This document shows positions 48,887 through 59,778 of a stretch of 64,000 nucleotides of DNA, in pieces. The first letter of the stretch is position 1, and every line of letters begins with the position of its first letter. The position numbers and the translations under genes are program-made. Location of the stretch: assembly GCA_964586595.1 (NCBI GenBank), contig CAZPHB010000016.1:39-64038 (forward strand), written 5' to 3'. The notes beneath the pieces are model-generated. The model had not been told where the DNA came from. It worked only from the letters and a program-made list of their open reading frames with translations, and did no database searches. The DNA comes from an uncultured Flavobacteriaceae bacterium (lineage in GTDB: Bacteria > Bacteroidota > Bacteroidia > NS11-12g > UBA955).

Positions 48887-50452
48887 TTAATCCAGATAAA
48901 AACGCGTGCTCACTTTTCCGAGGTTTGATTCCATCACTGCTTCGTACAAACCGCTGCGAAAACGGCTTCTGGGCAGCTTTACATCACCTTCTGCCGCAAA
49001 GGGTTTGTTGAATCCCTGGGAATACACCAGTTCATTCATGCGGTACAAACGGAGTGAAAAAGTTTTCACGCCGGGGTAAGCATAATGAATGTAGAAGTGC
49101 TCGCTCCGCTTTTCCATATACACATCGAGGTAAGGCTGGGGTATATACGCTTCCCGGGCAGAGAGGTCTTTGCTGCGAAAATTCCTTGTTTCAACGGTGG
49201 CCACGCGTTCACGAAGCACCGTATAGGCGGTGGCTATTTGCTTTCCGGAGGCTGCTACGGAGATGTAATCTCCGAAGAACACGTCTTTTCCGGCAGGAGG
49301 TGTAGCAACATCGGTTACCCTGACCTGACGTAACTTTTTACCTTTTTTCAGCGCTGCCAGATACACATCCATGAAGATGTTCTCTGTTGAATGCCTGCGG
49401 TCGTAGAACAACACATAAACCTTACCGTTGCGAGGGTCAGCGCTGAGATGCGGCATATATTGGTCGGTGCCGCTGTACCCGTCGTTGTTCAGGCGCCCCA
49501 ACGGACCCCAATCCTGACCGCCGTTCTTTGAGTAGCGGTAAAACACATCGCAATCACTGGTAAGTTCGTTATTTTTTTCCCTGAAAATCAGTCGGTCACT
49601 CCAAACGATATACATACCTCCATGTGCATCTGCTGTGATGAACGGCATGCCATTGGCGCGCATCACACCAGAGAAATCCTGTTTCCATCCATCGTGCTGA
49701 ATGGCAATAAGTTGATCTGTTCCCCAGGTTTTGCCACCGTCGGTGCTTTTATCGAGGTAAATTTTATTTCGCGCAGCCCAGCATAAATACACCACTCCTT
49801 CGCGGTTTACCGCTATGGTTGCACCTTCTACGGTGCTGTCGCCGTCGGCACAATCGCCCAAGTCATCAGAAACCACCACGGGCTGCGAAAAAGTATCGCC
49901 CTGATTGTCGCTGTACGCGAAACGGATTCGGGAAGAATCGCGCGGGTCGGCACTTCCATAGCGGTCAAATTCCGTCCAGGAAAGGTACAGACGCCCGCGA
50001 TACGGACTGCCTGCGCGTTCATCCAAAGCCATCCAGGGCTTATCCTGCACCTTCCCGGCCTGAAATCCAACACCGGTGCCGGAGGTGAAAGTTTTTCCGG
50101 AATCGTCGGAGCGCTGCACCACGATGCGGTCAAACCATTCAGGCCAGGAAAGCTTTGAATTTCTGGCAAGGTGGCAGAGGTAAAAACTGCCTGAGGCGGC
50201 AGACAGCAATACCGGATCACCGTAAAAGCCAAAATCAGATTTCACTTCGCGCTTTTCCCAGGTAATTCCGCCATCTTCACTTCGATACACCTGATTTACG
50301 TTGGTTCCGATAAGGCGCAGGTTCGGATTGCTGCGATGCAGGGCCAGGCTGGGCTCATTGGATGATTCAGGTGGTGCAGTAAGCAAAACCTGCGCCTGTA
50401 ACTGGTGCAGGCAGCAACTTACAGCGCAAAGGAACAGGTGGCCGAAACGCAT
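48887..50452 (-). CDS. BNR/Asp-box repeat glycosyl hydrolase (sialidase-like)
   Basis: Multiple Asp-boxes: 'SEDGGITW', 'SDDSGKTF', 'STDGGKTW', 'SKNGGQDW'; signal peptide. Confidence 0.7.
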   Translation of the reverse strand: MRFGHLFLCAVSCCLHQLQAQVLLTAPPESSNEPSLALHRSNPNLRLIGTNVNQVYRSEDGGITWEKREVKSDFGFYGDPVLLSAASGSFYLCHLARNSKLSWPEWFDRIVVQRSDDSGKTFTSGTGVGFQAGKVQDKPWMALDERAGSPYRGRLYLSWTEFDRYGSADPRDSSRIRFAYSDNQGDTFSQPVVVSDDLGDCADGDSTVEGATIAVNREGVVYLCWAARNKIYLDKSTDGGKTWGTDQLIAIQHDGWKQDFSGVMRANGMPFITADAHGGMYIVWSDRLIFREKNNELTSDCDVFYRYSKNGGQDWGPLGRLNNDGYSGTDQYMPHLSADPRNGKVYVLFYDRRHSTENIFMDVYLAALKKGKKLRQVRVTDVATPPAGKDVFFGDYISVAASGKQIATAYTVLRERVATVETRNFRSKDLSAREAYIPQPYLDVYMEKRSEHFYIHYAYPGVKTFSLRLYRMNELVYSQGFNKPFAAEGDVKLPRSRFRSGLYEAVMESNLGKVSTRFYLD

Positions 50453-50461
50453 GCCTTTGGT

Positions 50462-51427
50462 TTATTCATGCTCCGGAATGCCTGCTTTTTGCGCACCCAG
50501 CCAACGCTCGGCATCCAAGGCAGCCATGCATCCGCTGCCTGCTGCAGTAACCGCCTGGCGATAGGTTTTATCTTGAGCATCGCCACAACAGAACACCCCG
50601 GCTACGTTGGTATAGGAACTTCCCGGCTTGGTTTGAATATAACCTTGCTCATCCATGTCCAGGAAATTTTTGAAGATGCCTGTATTGGGTGTATGGCCAA
50701 TGGCCACGAAGAAGCCTTTCACCGGAAGTTCGCGCATTTCACCGGTCTGACTGTTTTTCACCCGAACGGCTTCCACCATTTTATCACCCAGCACTTCGTC
50801 GGTTTCGGAATTGAACAACACTTCAATGTTTGGGGTTTGCAGTACCCTTTGCTGCATGGCTTTGCTGGCGCGGAAATGATCCTTGCGCACAATCATGTAC
50901 ACCTTGGTGCATATTTTGGCCAGGTAACTGGCTTCTTCACAGGCGGTATCGCCGGCGCCCACGATGGCCACATCCTGACCGCGGTAAAAGAATCCGTCAC
51001 AAACGGCGCAGGCACTCACACCGCTGCCGTTCAGTCGCTGTTCGCTGGGCAATCCAAGCCACTTGGCACTGGCGCCGGTGGCGATGATGACGGTTTCTGC
51101 AATAATTTCTTTGCTGTCGTCAACCACCACTTTATGAGGCGCACCCTTGCTGAAGTCAACCGCGGTAACCATTCCATAGCGAATGTCTGTACCCAATCGT
51201 TCTGCCTGCTTCTTGAACAATTCCATCATTTCGGGACCCATCACACCCTCCGGAAATCCGGGATAATTTTCTACATCGGTGGTGATGGTGAGTTGCCCGC
51301 CGGGCTGCAATCCTTCATATAACACAGGCTTCATGTCCGCCCTTGCCGCGTAAATAGCCGCGGTATATCCTGCCGGTCCTGATCCAATAATCAGGCATTC
51401 CACTTTTTCTGCTGCAGTATTGCTCAT
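50462..51427 (-). CDS. trxB: thioredoxin-disulfide reductase
   Basis: 'GSGPAGYTAAIYAAR' FAD site; redox 'CAVCDG'; 'GAGDTACEEA' NADPH site. Confidence 0.9.
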   Translation of the reverse strand: MSNTAAEKVECLIIGSGPAGYTAAIYAARADMKPVLYEGLQPGGQLTITTDVENYPGFPEGVMGPEMMELFKKQAERLGTDIRYGMVTAVDFSKGAPHKVVVDDSKEIIAETVIIATGASAKWLGLPSEQRLNGSGVSACAVCDGFFYRGQDVAIVGAGDTACEEASYLAKICTKVYMIVRKDHFRASKAMQQRVLQTPNIEVLFNSETDEVLGDKMVEAVRVKNSQTGEMRELPVKGFFVAIGHTPNTGIFKNFLDMDEQGYIQTKPGSSYTNVAGVFCCGDAQDKTYRQAVTAAGSGCMAALDAERWLGAQKAGIPEHE

Positions 51428-51477
51428 GTGGCAAAATTAGTTGTTTCACCATGCGCAACTTCGCACCTGAGTCACAT

Positions 51478-51514
51478 AAAAAAAGAACCGCCCGAAGGCG
51501 GTCTTTTTTTGTTT
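51478..51514. terminator. bidirectional Rho-independent terminator downstream of the 51541..52398 gene
   Basis: aaaaaaagaaccgcccgaaggcggtctttttttgtttt. Confidence 0.75.
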
Positions 51515-51540
51515 TCTTGATTGTGGCGAAAGATGAATCT

Positions 51541-52398
51541 TCAGTCGCAATCATTGCTGAAATGGAACAGATAGATTCCGTCCACGGTATCGTCGCTGCT
51601 GCCTATGTCCTTGCGCACGATCTGACAACGCAGGGATTTGATTTTTACACCCGCAGGCAATGTGGGGAAAAATACCTGAGGCCTGAGCTGAAAGGTAAAC
51701 AAGCCGGATGACTTTTCTTTCATGGCCAACTGAGGATTATTCCCTGTTTGCAGGATGGAAGCAATTTGGTAGGTAAGCCCGTCTGTACCCAAGCCCTGCG
51801 CAAAAACATACAGGTCCTTCACTCCTTTCATGGACGCTTTTTCTTCCATGTTGTTGTTGTAAATCAAGGTGAATACGTCGTTGCTGCTGGTAGGCACGGT
51901 ATCCATTTTCAAGGTTTGCGGAAAGCTGGATACTTTGAGTGCTTCGGTTTTTGGACGCTCAACTTTGATGCTGAGGTCTTCGGTTTTGTCTTCGTTGCAG
52001 CCTCCGCCACCGGCGCCGGTTCCGTCTTTTTTCTTCACCAGCAACATGAAGCCTTTGTCGTAGATTTCACCTGCGGTGACGCCGTAGAATTTCGTAGGAA
52101 CCATGCGGTAATACCACACATCATTTCCGGCGGGGGTCATCTTCAACTCCTCGTTGCTGCTGCCCCATTGTCCGTTGAAGGTGGGATCGGAAGCGGCCCG
52201 GTCCTTGGGCGACCAGGTCCAGATATACAATGGTTCCGCGCTGCCTATCAGTCGCTGGCAATCGCACTTCTTGATATCTACCCAAATGGTGATGGAATCG
52301 TCCGGATTGATGGGATCCGGGGTAATCCAGGCTTTTTGGGCTGAGGCCGCGAAGCTGCCAAAGGCAAATAAGGCGGCACTGAGTATAATCCTGTTCAT
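51541..52398 (-). CDS. secreted hypothetical protein, PUL-associated (possible SusE/F-like surface protein)
   Basis: Signal peptide MNRIILSAALFAFGSFAASAQ; directly downstream of SusC/SusD and a lipoprotein. Confidence 0.45.
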   Translation of the reverse strand: MNRIILSAALFAFGSFAASAQKAWITPDPINPDDSITIWVDIKKCDCQRLIGSAEPLYIWTWSPKDRAASDPTFNGQWGSSNEELKMTPAGNDVWYYRMVPTKFYGVTAGEIYDKGFMLLVKKKDGTGAGGGGCNEDKTEDLSIKVERPKTEALKVSSFPQTLKMDTVPTSSNDVFTLIYNNNMEEKASMKGVKDLYVFAQGLGTDGLTYQIASILQTGNNPQLAMKEKSSGLFTFQLRPQVFFPTLPAGVKIKSLRCQIVRKDIGSSDDTVDGIYLFHFSNDCD

Positions 52399-52403
52399 GT
52401 TGC

Positions 52404-52898
52404 TTAAGATTTACGGGTGAACCAAAGGTGATAGCTGGTGGTGCGTTTGCCCTTGCAGCGCTTGTCGAGTTTCAACACCAAATTGGCATCCTGCGGGCGC
52501 ACGGGGCGCAGCAGCTTCATGCTGAGTTCCTCAGCGCTGGCTTCGTCAAAAATTACGCTTGAGGGATATTGCACATCGTCGAACTTCCAACTGCCGCTGG
52601 CCTTGGGAAACAGGTTGTACGAGGTTCCTGCATCCAGCGTGTAGGTGAAGTCTGCCGATTTGATGTCCAGGGTCATGGGATTGCTGCCCAGAAACACATC
52701 GCTCACCTCCAGCAAGGTATCGCTTTCTACGAAGGCCAGGGTTTTGGTCACATCAATCTGGTCCACACGGGTAAGTACCCAGTTGGCGTTGATGCCTTCC
52801 AGCTTGCTGGCCGGCTCCCCGATTTTCTTGATTTCTTTCTTGCAGGCTGTCAGTCCAAAGAACAACAGCGTCATGCATATAAAGGTAAACTTTTTCAT
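52404..52898 (-). CDS. small lipoprotein, PUL-associated
   Basis: Lipobox 'LTAC'; 164 aa; immediately downstream of susD. Confidence 0.5.
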   Translation of the reverse strand: MKKFTFICMTLLFFGLTACKKEIKKIGEPASKLEGINANWVLTRVDQIDVTKTLAFVESDTLLEVSDVFLGSNPMTLDIKSADFTYTLDAGTSYNLFPKASGSWKFDDVQYPSSVIFDEASAEELSMKLLRPVRPQDANLVLKLDKRCKGKRTTSYHLWFTRKS

Positions 52899-52913
52899 AT
52901 CCTGGTAAGTTTA

Positions 52914-54302
52914 TTAATCGCAGCCTCCGGTTGGGTTTAAGGGGAAGATGCTGGTTTGGTCGGAAATTGGGAATTGAAGGATGAAGCCCTTGCAATCCCA
53001 GGCGTGCCCACGCACGATGATGTTCTGTTTCTCTACGGCTGCCAAACGTTTCAAATCGTGGATGCGGTCGCCTTCAAACATCAGTTCCATGCGGCGCTGG
53101 TAGCGGGCTGCTTCGATGATTTGGGTAGCGGTGGAGCCGGCAGCAAGGATGCGGTTGTTGTTTTTGTAGGCGCGTCCGATGATGGCGTTCATGTCGGCGA
53201 TGGCGGTGCTCAGGTCTGTTCCGGTTTGGGCCAGGGCTTCAGCCCTGATCAGGTGGAGGCGCGTGAGGTGCAGCACGGGCACATCAAACAAGGGAGCGTT
53301 GTACAAATTGGTTTTAACCAATTCGTTCGCCTGACCCTTGTTCAGGGTTTCATAGTACGCCAAACGTTTATCGGCAGTATCGGTGTTTACGGTACTGAAA
53401 AACTGCCTGGATACCTGACACAGCGGCAATCCGGGTGAGTAGTTGTCGCGGAAGCCGCCGCCCCGGTTGTCGTTAATCCCTGTGCTCACTACCGAGAAGA
53501 TGGCCTCGGTAGCGCCTTTCGGAGTGAAGCGGTTCAGGGTATCAGAGAAGGTGTAACGTGCGCTGTTGATGACTGCAGAAGCCTGCGCAGCGGCATCGCC
53601 GTATTCACCCTGCTGGAAATACACTTCTGCCAACAAGGCCTGCGCCGCATATTTCGTCGCATAGTTTCCATTGCTTTCCGGAAGCAGGGTCGCAGCGTCC
53701 TTCAGGTCGCTGATGATCGACGCATAAGCCGCAGCCACGCTGCTGCGCGCCAAAGGTGTGCGGTCTGCCTTCAAAGCCAACCCGATGCCCGGATGGCTGT
53801 TGTCCGCCGAATAGCCCCAGGGATGCGCAAACAAACGCACCGCCGTGAAATGACACATCGCGCGGATGAATTTGGCTTCGCCTTCCATCCGGTTGCGGTC
53901 TGCTTCATTCAAATCAGCCGCCAGCGGAAAGCGCTCCATCACGAAGTTGGCGCGGAAAATGGCGCGGTACAGATTGCCATACAGCGATCCAATGGTGGTA
54001 TTGAAGAACAGGGTATTGTGGTTGAATACCTCGCGGTAGTCGTTGTTGTTCGGCAGGCTCAGGTTGTCGGCCATAAATTCCGAAATCACCTGCGCAAAAC
54101 CGCCGTAGGTATTGGCCACTTCATTGTAGCTGCCATTGAGCAGTTTCTGAAGGTCAGCACTGGTCTTTACGGCATCTTCCACCAAGAGTTCATTCTCCGG
54201 ACGGGTATCAATCATCTTATCGCAGCCGGCTGCAAAAACGCCCAGTGCAAATACAGCCAGAGCGGCGGTGAGGGTGCGGTTCTTGAAAATCGTGTAGTTC
54301 AT
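52914..54302 (-). CDS. susD: RagB/SusD family nutrient-uptake outer membrane lipoprotein
   Basis: Lipobox 'FAAGC'; TPR-like SusD fold; paired with the upstream SusC. Confidence 0.85.
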   Translation of the reverse strand: MNYTIFKNRTLTAALAVFALGVFAAGCDKMIDTRPENELLVEDAVKTSADLQKLLNGSYNEVANTYGGFAQVISEFMADNLSLPNNNDYREVFNHNTLFFNTTIGSLYGNLYRAIFRANFVMERFPLAADLNEADRNRMEGEAKFIRAMCHFTAVRLFAHPWGYSADNSHPGIGLALKADRTPLARSSVAAAYASIISDLKDAATLLPESNGNYATKYAAQALLAEVYFQQGEYGDAAAQASAVINSARYTFSDTLNRFTPKGATEAIFSVVSTGINDNRGGGFRDNYSPGLPLCQVSRQFFSTVNTDTADKRLAYYETLNKGQANELVKTNLYNAPLFDVPVLHLTRLHLIRAEALAQTGTDLSTAIADMNAIIGRAYKNNNRILAAGSTATQIIEAARYQRRMELMFEGDRIHDLKRLAAVEKQNIIVRGHAWDCKGFILQFPISDQTSIFPLNPTGGCD

Positions 54303-54313
54303 CGTTCGCTGCT

Positions 54314-57300
54314 TTAGAAGTTTACAGATAATGAGATGCTGTAGGATTTCTCCTGTGGCGCGGTGAGGTAGGTAATGCTGCCGCTCATGTTTCGGTCTGT
54401 GGGACTTTCAAAATCGCGGGCAATTTCAGGATCCAGGCCGGTATAATTGGTCCAGGTGAGCAGGTTTGTGGCAATGAAGGCAATGCGTGCCCCATCGAGG
54501 TTGTATTTCTTCGCTACGGAAGAAGGAAGCCTGTAGCCCACAGACAAGGAGCGCAAACGTACATAAGAACCGTCTTCCAGCCACTGCGTGGTATTGATCC
54601 AGGGCGTGGTGGAACCATAAGTGAAGGTGTTCAGGGTGCGGCGTGGATACCTCGCATCATCACCGGGCTTCTGCCAACGGTCGAATACGCGGGGATCGCT
54701 GTTCCAGTCGGTTTGCACACCCAACTGACGCTTGGCAGAAGATTCGTAGATGTCGCCGCCAATGCTGTAGTAAATATTCGCGGTCAGATCCCAGTTCTTA
54801 TAGCTGAAGCTGTTGTTCAATGAACCTATGGCTTCGGGAAGTACATCGCCCACAGGAACGCGGTTGGCCGGATCCCAACTCTTGGTTTCCTTGCCTTCTT
54901 TGTCCAGATATACCGGAAGTCCGGTGGCTTGATCAATATGGGAGAAGCGGACCAGGAAGTTCGTTCCCACGGGATAGCCAACCACCACACGCGTGTCGTT
55001 GGTTCCGCCGGAAACCGCATCTTCGCTGTACACGCCGATGCTGGTGATCTCGTTGTAGTTGCGGGCAATGTTGAAATCGGTGTTCCACTGGAAATTCTTC
55101 CGTTGGATGTTCTTGCTTTTCAGTACAAACTCCACGCCCCTGTTGATGATGCCGCCCACGTTGTCGTACATGCTGTAAAAGCCGGTGGTGCGGGGCACGG
55201 TAACATCCAGGATGACGTCTTTCGTGGCTTTGTCGTAATAAGTCAGTTCGAAGCTGATGCGGTTCTTGAACAAACTGCCTTCCAGCGTCGCATCGAAGTT
55301 GCGGGTGCTTTCCCAGCGCAGGTTCTGGTTCTCCAGACGCGCGGGTGCCAGCATCGGCTGACCATTGTACTGCGGCAGGTTGCCGGATGGGGTGATGGTT
55401 CCCCAACGGGCATAGTTGTCGAAGGAAGCATTGCCGGATTTTCCGATGCCTACCTTCACCTTCAGGAAGCTGATCCAGTCGTGGCGCTTGATGAATTCCT
55501 CATCGCTCAGGATATAACCCACCGCAGCGGCGGGGAAGAATCCGTAGCGGTTGTTGCGTCCGAAGCGGGAAGACCCGTCCACGCGCCCTGTTAATTGCAC
55601 GTTGAACTTGTTCTTGAACTTGTAGTTCGCCCTTCCGAAGTAACTCAAAAAGGCCCACTCGTAAGGCGTTCTGCCGAAGGCGCGCAAAGCGGTATCAGGA
55701 ATCGCTACCTTGTCTGTAGGACCGGTGGCATCCAGGTTTTCTACCGATTTGCTGGTGGTACGGGATTGCTGGTATTCATGACCAAGCATCACATTCACAC
55801 CGTGATCGGGTGTAATCTTCTTGTTCCAGTTGGCCGTGAGGTAATAGTTCATGTTGGAGGTCCAGATGGGGAACCACTTGGCTACGCCATTCTGCACATA
55901 ATTGGGACTGTAATAGCGAATGAGCTCCTGGGGTTCGTACAGAAATTCGCCGTAATCCATATAGTCATAGCTGGCGCTGCCGTTCAGGGTGATGTCGTCA
56001 GTCACCTCATAATTCAGGTTCAGGTTGTTGATGCTGCGCATTTCAATGCTGCGCCAGTCTTTCAGGTCGCGGATGGTACCAAGTCCAACCGGCGTTCTGT
56101 AGCCAATGCCATTGCTGTTCAGCAATGGTTCTTCGGGGAAGATGGGCAGCATGGTGCTCATAGCAGAACCCAGACCACCGGCCCAGGCCGCGTCCACCCT
56201 GCGGTTGATGCCTCGGCTCAGCGAATTGCTCAGGCTGATGTTCAGGCCTTTCAGCGGTTTGTAATCGGTATTCACCCTGCCGCTGAGGCGCTGATAATTG
56301 TTGCCGGCAAGGAATGATTCGTTATTGTCATAAGTAACAATGCTCTTCATGCCGAACCATTTATTGGTGTAACCGGCGGTGATGTTGTAGTTCTGTTTGT
56401 ATCCGGTCTGAATCACATCATCCACCCAGTTGGTATTGTATTTCTGGGCTTCCTGCCAGGTCATGTTCACGTTGATGAGCCCCAGATCCGGCGTTCCGGT
56501 GCGGCCATCGTTTTCCCAGGCTTCCTGGTACATCTGGAGAAATTCAGGACCATTCAGCATGCGAGGGGTTTTCGTTGGCTGGGAAATGCCGAATCGGGTC
56601 GAAACATCGAACTTCAAACCCTTCTTGCGGGCGCGCTTGGTGGTAATCAGGATTACCCCATTGGCGCCGCGTGAGCCGTAAATACTGGTGGCGGCGGCAT
56701 CCTTCAGAATTTCCACCGATTCAATATCATCGGGGTTGATGGTAGCCAGTGGGTTGTTGTTGAAGCCGGAGCCGAAGTTGCTGCCGTTGGAACGGTTCAG
56801 GAAATAATCCTGCGACACCGGAATTCCGTCAATCACGTACAAGGGGTCACCGGCGGCTGAAATGGACGCCACCCCGCGTATGCGGATCAGCGAAGCCGAA
56901 CCGGCCATACCGCTTCCCACCACTACCTGCACGCCGGGCGCCTTGCCTTGCAGGGCCGCCTCAAAACTGGGCGCCGGAATTTCAGCAATTTCCTTACCTG
57001 AAACCCGGGCAATCGAACCGGTAAGATCTCGTCGGTTCTGACGGCCATAGCCAATGATGACAATGGGATCTGCGCCTACGGATTTGGCAACGAGTTGCTT
57101 ATCCAGCACAAGGCTCTGCCCATCGCTCAGGTTGATGATTTCTTCGGAAGCTTCCAGTTGTTCGGAAGAAAAAACCACGGTATAAGTTCCTGCGGCAAGA
57201 CCCTGAATCAGGTAAGTACCGCTTTCGTTGGTCGCCGCCGACTTGTTCGCACCTTTCAGGCGCACAGTAACACCTGACAGGGCTTCACCTTTGTCGCCGG

Positions 57301-57406
57301 TCACTTTACCTGCCAGCGACGCCGTCTGAGCCCACAGATTGGCACCTCCAAAGAATAGCAGCAATCCGGGCAGCAAGCCTTGCAATCGTATCGTTCGAAG
57401 CATCAT
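54314..57406 (-). CDS. susC: SusC/RagA family TonB-linked outer membrane protein
   Basis: 1030 aa; carboxypeptidase-regulatory-like N-domain; TonB-box plug; C-terminal beta-barrel ending in F. Confidence 0.9.
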   Translation of the reverse strand: MMLRTIRLQGLLPGLLLFFGGANLWAQTASLAGKVTGDKGEALSGVTVRLKGANKSAATNESGTYLIQGLAAGTYTVVFSSEQLEASEEIINLSDGQSLVLDKQLVAKSVGADPIVIIGYGRQNRRDLTGSIARVSGKEIAEIPAPSFEAALQGKAPGVQVVVGSGMAGSASLIRIRGVASISAAGDPLYVIDGIPVSQDYFLNRSNGSNFGSGFNNNPLATINPDDIESVEILKDAAATSIYGSRGANGVILITTKRARKKGLKFDVSTRFGISQPTKTPRMLNGPEFLQMYQEAWENDGRTGTPDLGLINVNMTWQEAQKYNTNWVDDVIQTGYKQNYNITAGYTNKWFGMKSIVTYDNNESFLAGNNYQRLSGRVNTDYKPLKGLNISLSNSLSRGINRRVDAAWAGGLGSAMSTMLPIFPEEPLLNSNGIGYRTPVGLGTIRDLKDWRSIEMRSINNLNLNYEVTDDITLNGSASYDYMDYGEFLYEPQELIRYYSPNYVQNGVAKWFPIWTSNMNYYLTANWNKKITPDHGVNVMLGHEYQQSRTTSKSVENLDATGPTDKVAIPDTALRAFGRTPYEWAFLSYFGRANYKFKNKFNVQLTGRVDGSSRFGRNNRYGFFPAAAVGYILSDEEFIKRHDWISFLKVKVGIGKSGNASFDNYARWGTITPSGNLPQYNGQPMLAPARLENQNLRWESTRNFDATLEGSLFKNRISFELTYYDKATKDVILDVTVPRTTGFYSMYDNVGGIINRGVEFVLKSKNIQRKNFQWNTDFNIARNYNEITSIGVYSEDAVSGGTNDTRVVVGYPVGTNFLVRFSHIDQATGLPVYLDKEGKETKSWDPANRVPVGDVLPEAIGSLNNSFSYKNWDLTANIYYSIGGDIYESSAKRQLGVQTDWNSDPRVFDRWQKPGDDARYPRRTLNTFTYGSTTPWINTTQWLEDGSYVRLRSLSVGYRLPSSVAKKYNLDGARIAFIATNLLTWTNYTGLDPEIARDFESPTDRNMSGSITYLTAPQEKSYSISLSVNF

Positions 57407-57585
57407 TTCTTTCGATTAAGGCCGTAAAAATAGTAAAAAATCAAATAAGTGTCTATTTAACACTAAGTATTGATGAATTTGCCTGAGAAACCGTAAATCA
57501 TCAGCTTAAATACCTTGACAAATCAGGCTCCCCGCATCTGTTGCTATCATCCTGAACCACAAAGAATACAAACGATGTTCGCGCT

Positions 57586-59778
57586 TTATAGCAAATGAAA
57601 CACCCCTTTGAACAGGTCGGTGATGCTGCACACGCTCTTCCCGCGGATCACATAGATGTACACGCCTTTGGGCGCAGGACGGCCTTGATACGTGCCATCC
57701 CAGAATGTTTTCTTATCGGTAGTGGAAAACACCATTTCGCCCCAGCGGTTGTAGATCTCGCAGCGGTAGGATTCCAGTTCCTCCAAACCCGTAATCTGAA
57801 AGGTTTCATTCAGCGCATCTCCGTTGGGACTGAACGCATTCGGAATCAGCAGCGTATAACCCGGTATTTCCTCGCGCACCCGAAACTGCCAGGTGCTGTC
57901 GTAACATCTGTTTTTCAAGTTTACCCAGTAGTTACCGGGCGTATCCACCTCCAGTATGCGGCCGCGGGCGCCTGTGCTCCACAAAACCTGAGTGGCCGGC
58001 GGTGGATTTACCGTGATAAATGTGCTGTTGCGGTTCTTGCAGATCACATACATCTCGTCCACCGGGCGCTGCGGCTCCGGAAGGTAATTCACTGTAAATG
58101 TATCCTCCCACACTTTGCAGGCAAATACCAGTTGGCGGCGGTATATGCCCGACGCTTTCACCTCAAGACTGTCGCCGCTGCCCAGCAGGCGGCCATCGCG
58201 ATACCAGTTGGAGCGCAACTGCCCGTAGAAAGCATTGCCGCCAACCACATACCTTGCACCCGTGCACAACAGTGTATCCGGCAGCCGTGCAGGCGTTTGT
58301 ATGGCCACCGCACGGAAGGATGCAGTGGAACTGTCTAGCAGATTGCAGCTCCAGCGGTAGTAAACCGTGGTCTTGTAGGTACCTGTATCAATTGGTGTGA
58401 ACTGCAGCGAATCGCCGGCGGTTTCATACAACACCCGGCCATCCGGACCGGTAATCTTGCAGCGCAGGCGGATGAAATCCCGGTAATAATCCGCTTTTAT
58501 TAAATGCGCAATACCCACACAGGCCGTTTTGCCCTGCAACACCCGAACCCCGGGGTTGTAGTAGGCGCCGAAAGGGATGTAGTATTGATGAGTAAAATAT
58601 GGGTTGTAAGCATCAAATGAATCTATGGGGAAACCATTATAAGCACTTTGATCAATACTATCCCAGGGAATATAAAACGATTCAGGTTCATAACCGCAGG
58701 CCAATCCTTCCCGATCCGGGTAGGGAATGATGTCCGGATATTTCCTGGTGGTGATGCCCACTAACAATTGACCGGTGGGTAGTAAGTGAATGAAGGGGCT
58801 ACCGACCGAACCTTTTTGATACCCTCTGATGGCGATGGTTTGTGCCTTGATGCTGTCTTTATGCAACACCGTAATATCGGCCTGGTACAGCGTATCCCGA
58901 TGTATGTAATACAACTTCCGTCCATTCAGCGAATAACTCAGCGTGCCACTGATCGGACTGGGAAGCAGCATCAGGGACTCCGGGTCAATCCGCATTTTCT
59001 CCCGATCAAAGCGATGCACGCCAAAACCACGAACATCTCCGCTTAGTATGCAATGACTTAAATCAGGCGAAAACGCGTAGATCTTTGCACGACCGGGTGT
59101 AGTAGGTGAACCTTTCAAAGACTGCATCACCCGCCGTACACATTTGCCATTCACAACCTCTGCCATCTCCGTAAAGTAAACCTCAGGAAATCCGGCTCTT
59201 TTATTCGAGCCGCCGCCATATAGAAATATCTTTGAACAATCAGGAGTGTATATAACATTATCTACATAATTGAATAAGTTATAATTATAAAACAGCATAG
59301 TGGTATCATAAAATCGGGAAGAATCATCATTGAAATTCATCAGATAAGGAAAAGAATAGGGGTATTTTTTTGTATAATATAAATTATCATAATAACGCAA
59401 AATACTTGAACGATGATAATCGGGCATCTGCAGCATGAAAGTGTACCACAAATTACATTTTTCATAATTGGGGAAGGCGCTGTCGGCCTGCAGGTAGCGG
59501 TTTACGATGCGTTCCCCGCATTGTTTGCCGTTCAGTTTTACCCCCAGATAAAAATCACCCGCAGAGTCGGTTAAATAAGACATGCATTGGTTAAACGATG
59601 TATTAAATTGGGTAGGCTTGTAAAATCTTGGCGGATACTGTTTAAAATCCATGACATACCCGCGATCGCCAATGGACCAGATATTGTGGTTCCTGAGCTG
59701 CGCCTGCAAAATATCCGGACTCATGGCCCCCAGCAGGGCCATGAGTCCGAATAACATGCGTTTCAATGGGGGAATCAT
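57586..59778 (-). CDS. secreted protein with T9SS type-B (gliding-motility-associated) C-terminal domain, paralog copy 1
   Basis: Start chosen at M11 (ATG 59776-59778; signal peptide MIPPLKRMLFGLMALLGAMSPDILQAQ) overlapping the upstream stop as TAATG; C-terminus 'LLIPNAFSPNGDALNETFQITG...YRCEIYNRWGEMVF...KGVYIYVIRG'. Confidence 0.7.
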   Translation of the reverse strand: MIPPLKRMLFGLMALLGAMSPDILQAQLRNHNIWSIGDRGYVMDFKQYPPRFYKPTQFNTSFNQCMSYLTDSAGDFYLGVKLNGKQCGERIVNRYLQADSAFPNYEKCNLWYTFMLQMPDYHRSSILRYYDNLYYTKKYPYSFPYLMNFNDDSSRFYDTTMLFYNYNLFNYVDNVIYTPDCSKIFLYGGGSNKRAGFPEVYFTEMAEVVNGKCVRRVMQSLKGSPTTPGRAKIYAFSPDLSHCILSGDVRGFGVHRFDREKMRIDPESLMLLPSPISGTLSYSLNGRKLYYIHRDTLYQADITVLHKDSIKAQTIAIRGYQKGSVGSPFIHLLPTGQLLVGITTRKYPDIIPYPDREGLACGYEPESFYIPWDSIDQSAYNGFPIDSFDAYNPYFTHQYYIPFGAYYNPGVRVLQGKTACVGIAHLIKADYYRDFIRLRCKITGPDGRVLYETAGDSLQFTPIDTGTYKTTVYYRWSCNLLDSSTASFRAVAIQTPARLPDTLLCTGARYVVGGNAFYGQLRSNWYRDGRLLGSGDSLEVKASGIYRRQLVFACKVWEDTFTVNYLPEPQRPVDEMYVICKNRNSTFITVNPPPATQVLWSTGARGRILEVDTPGNYWVNLKNRCYDSTWQFRVREEIPGYTLLIPNAFSPNGDALNETFQITGLEELESYRCEIYNRWGEMVFSTTDKKTFWDGTYQGRPAPKGVYIYVIRGKSVCSITDLFKGVFHLL

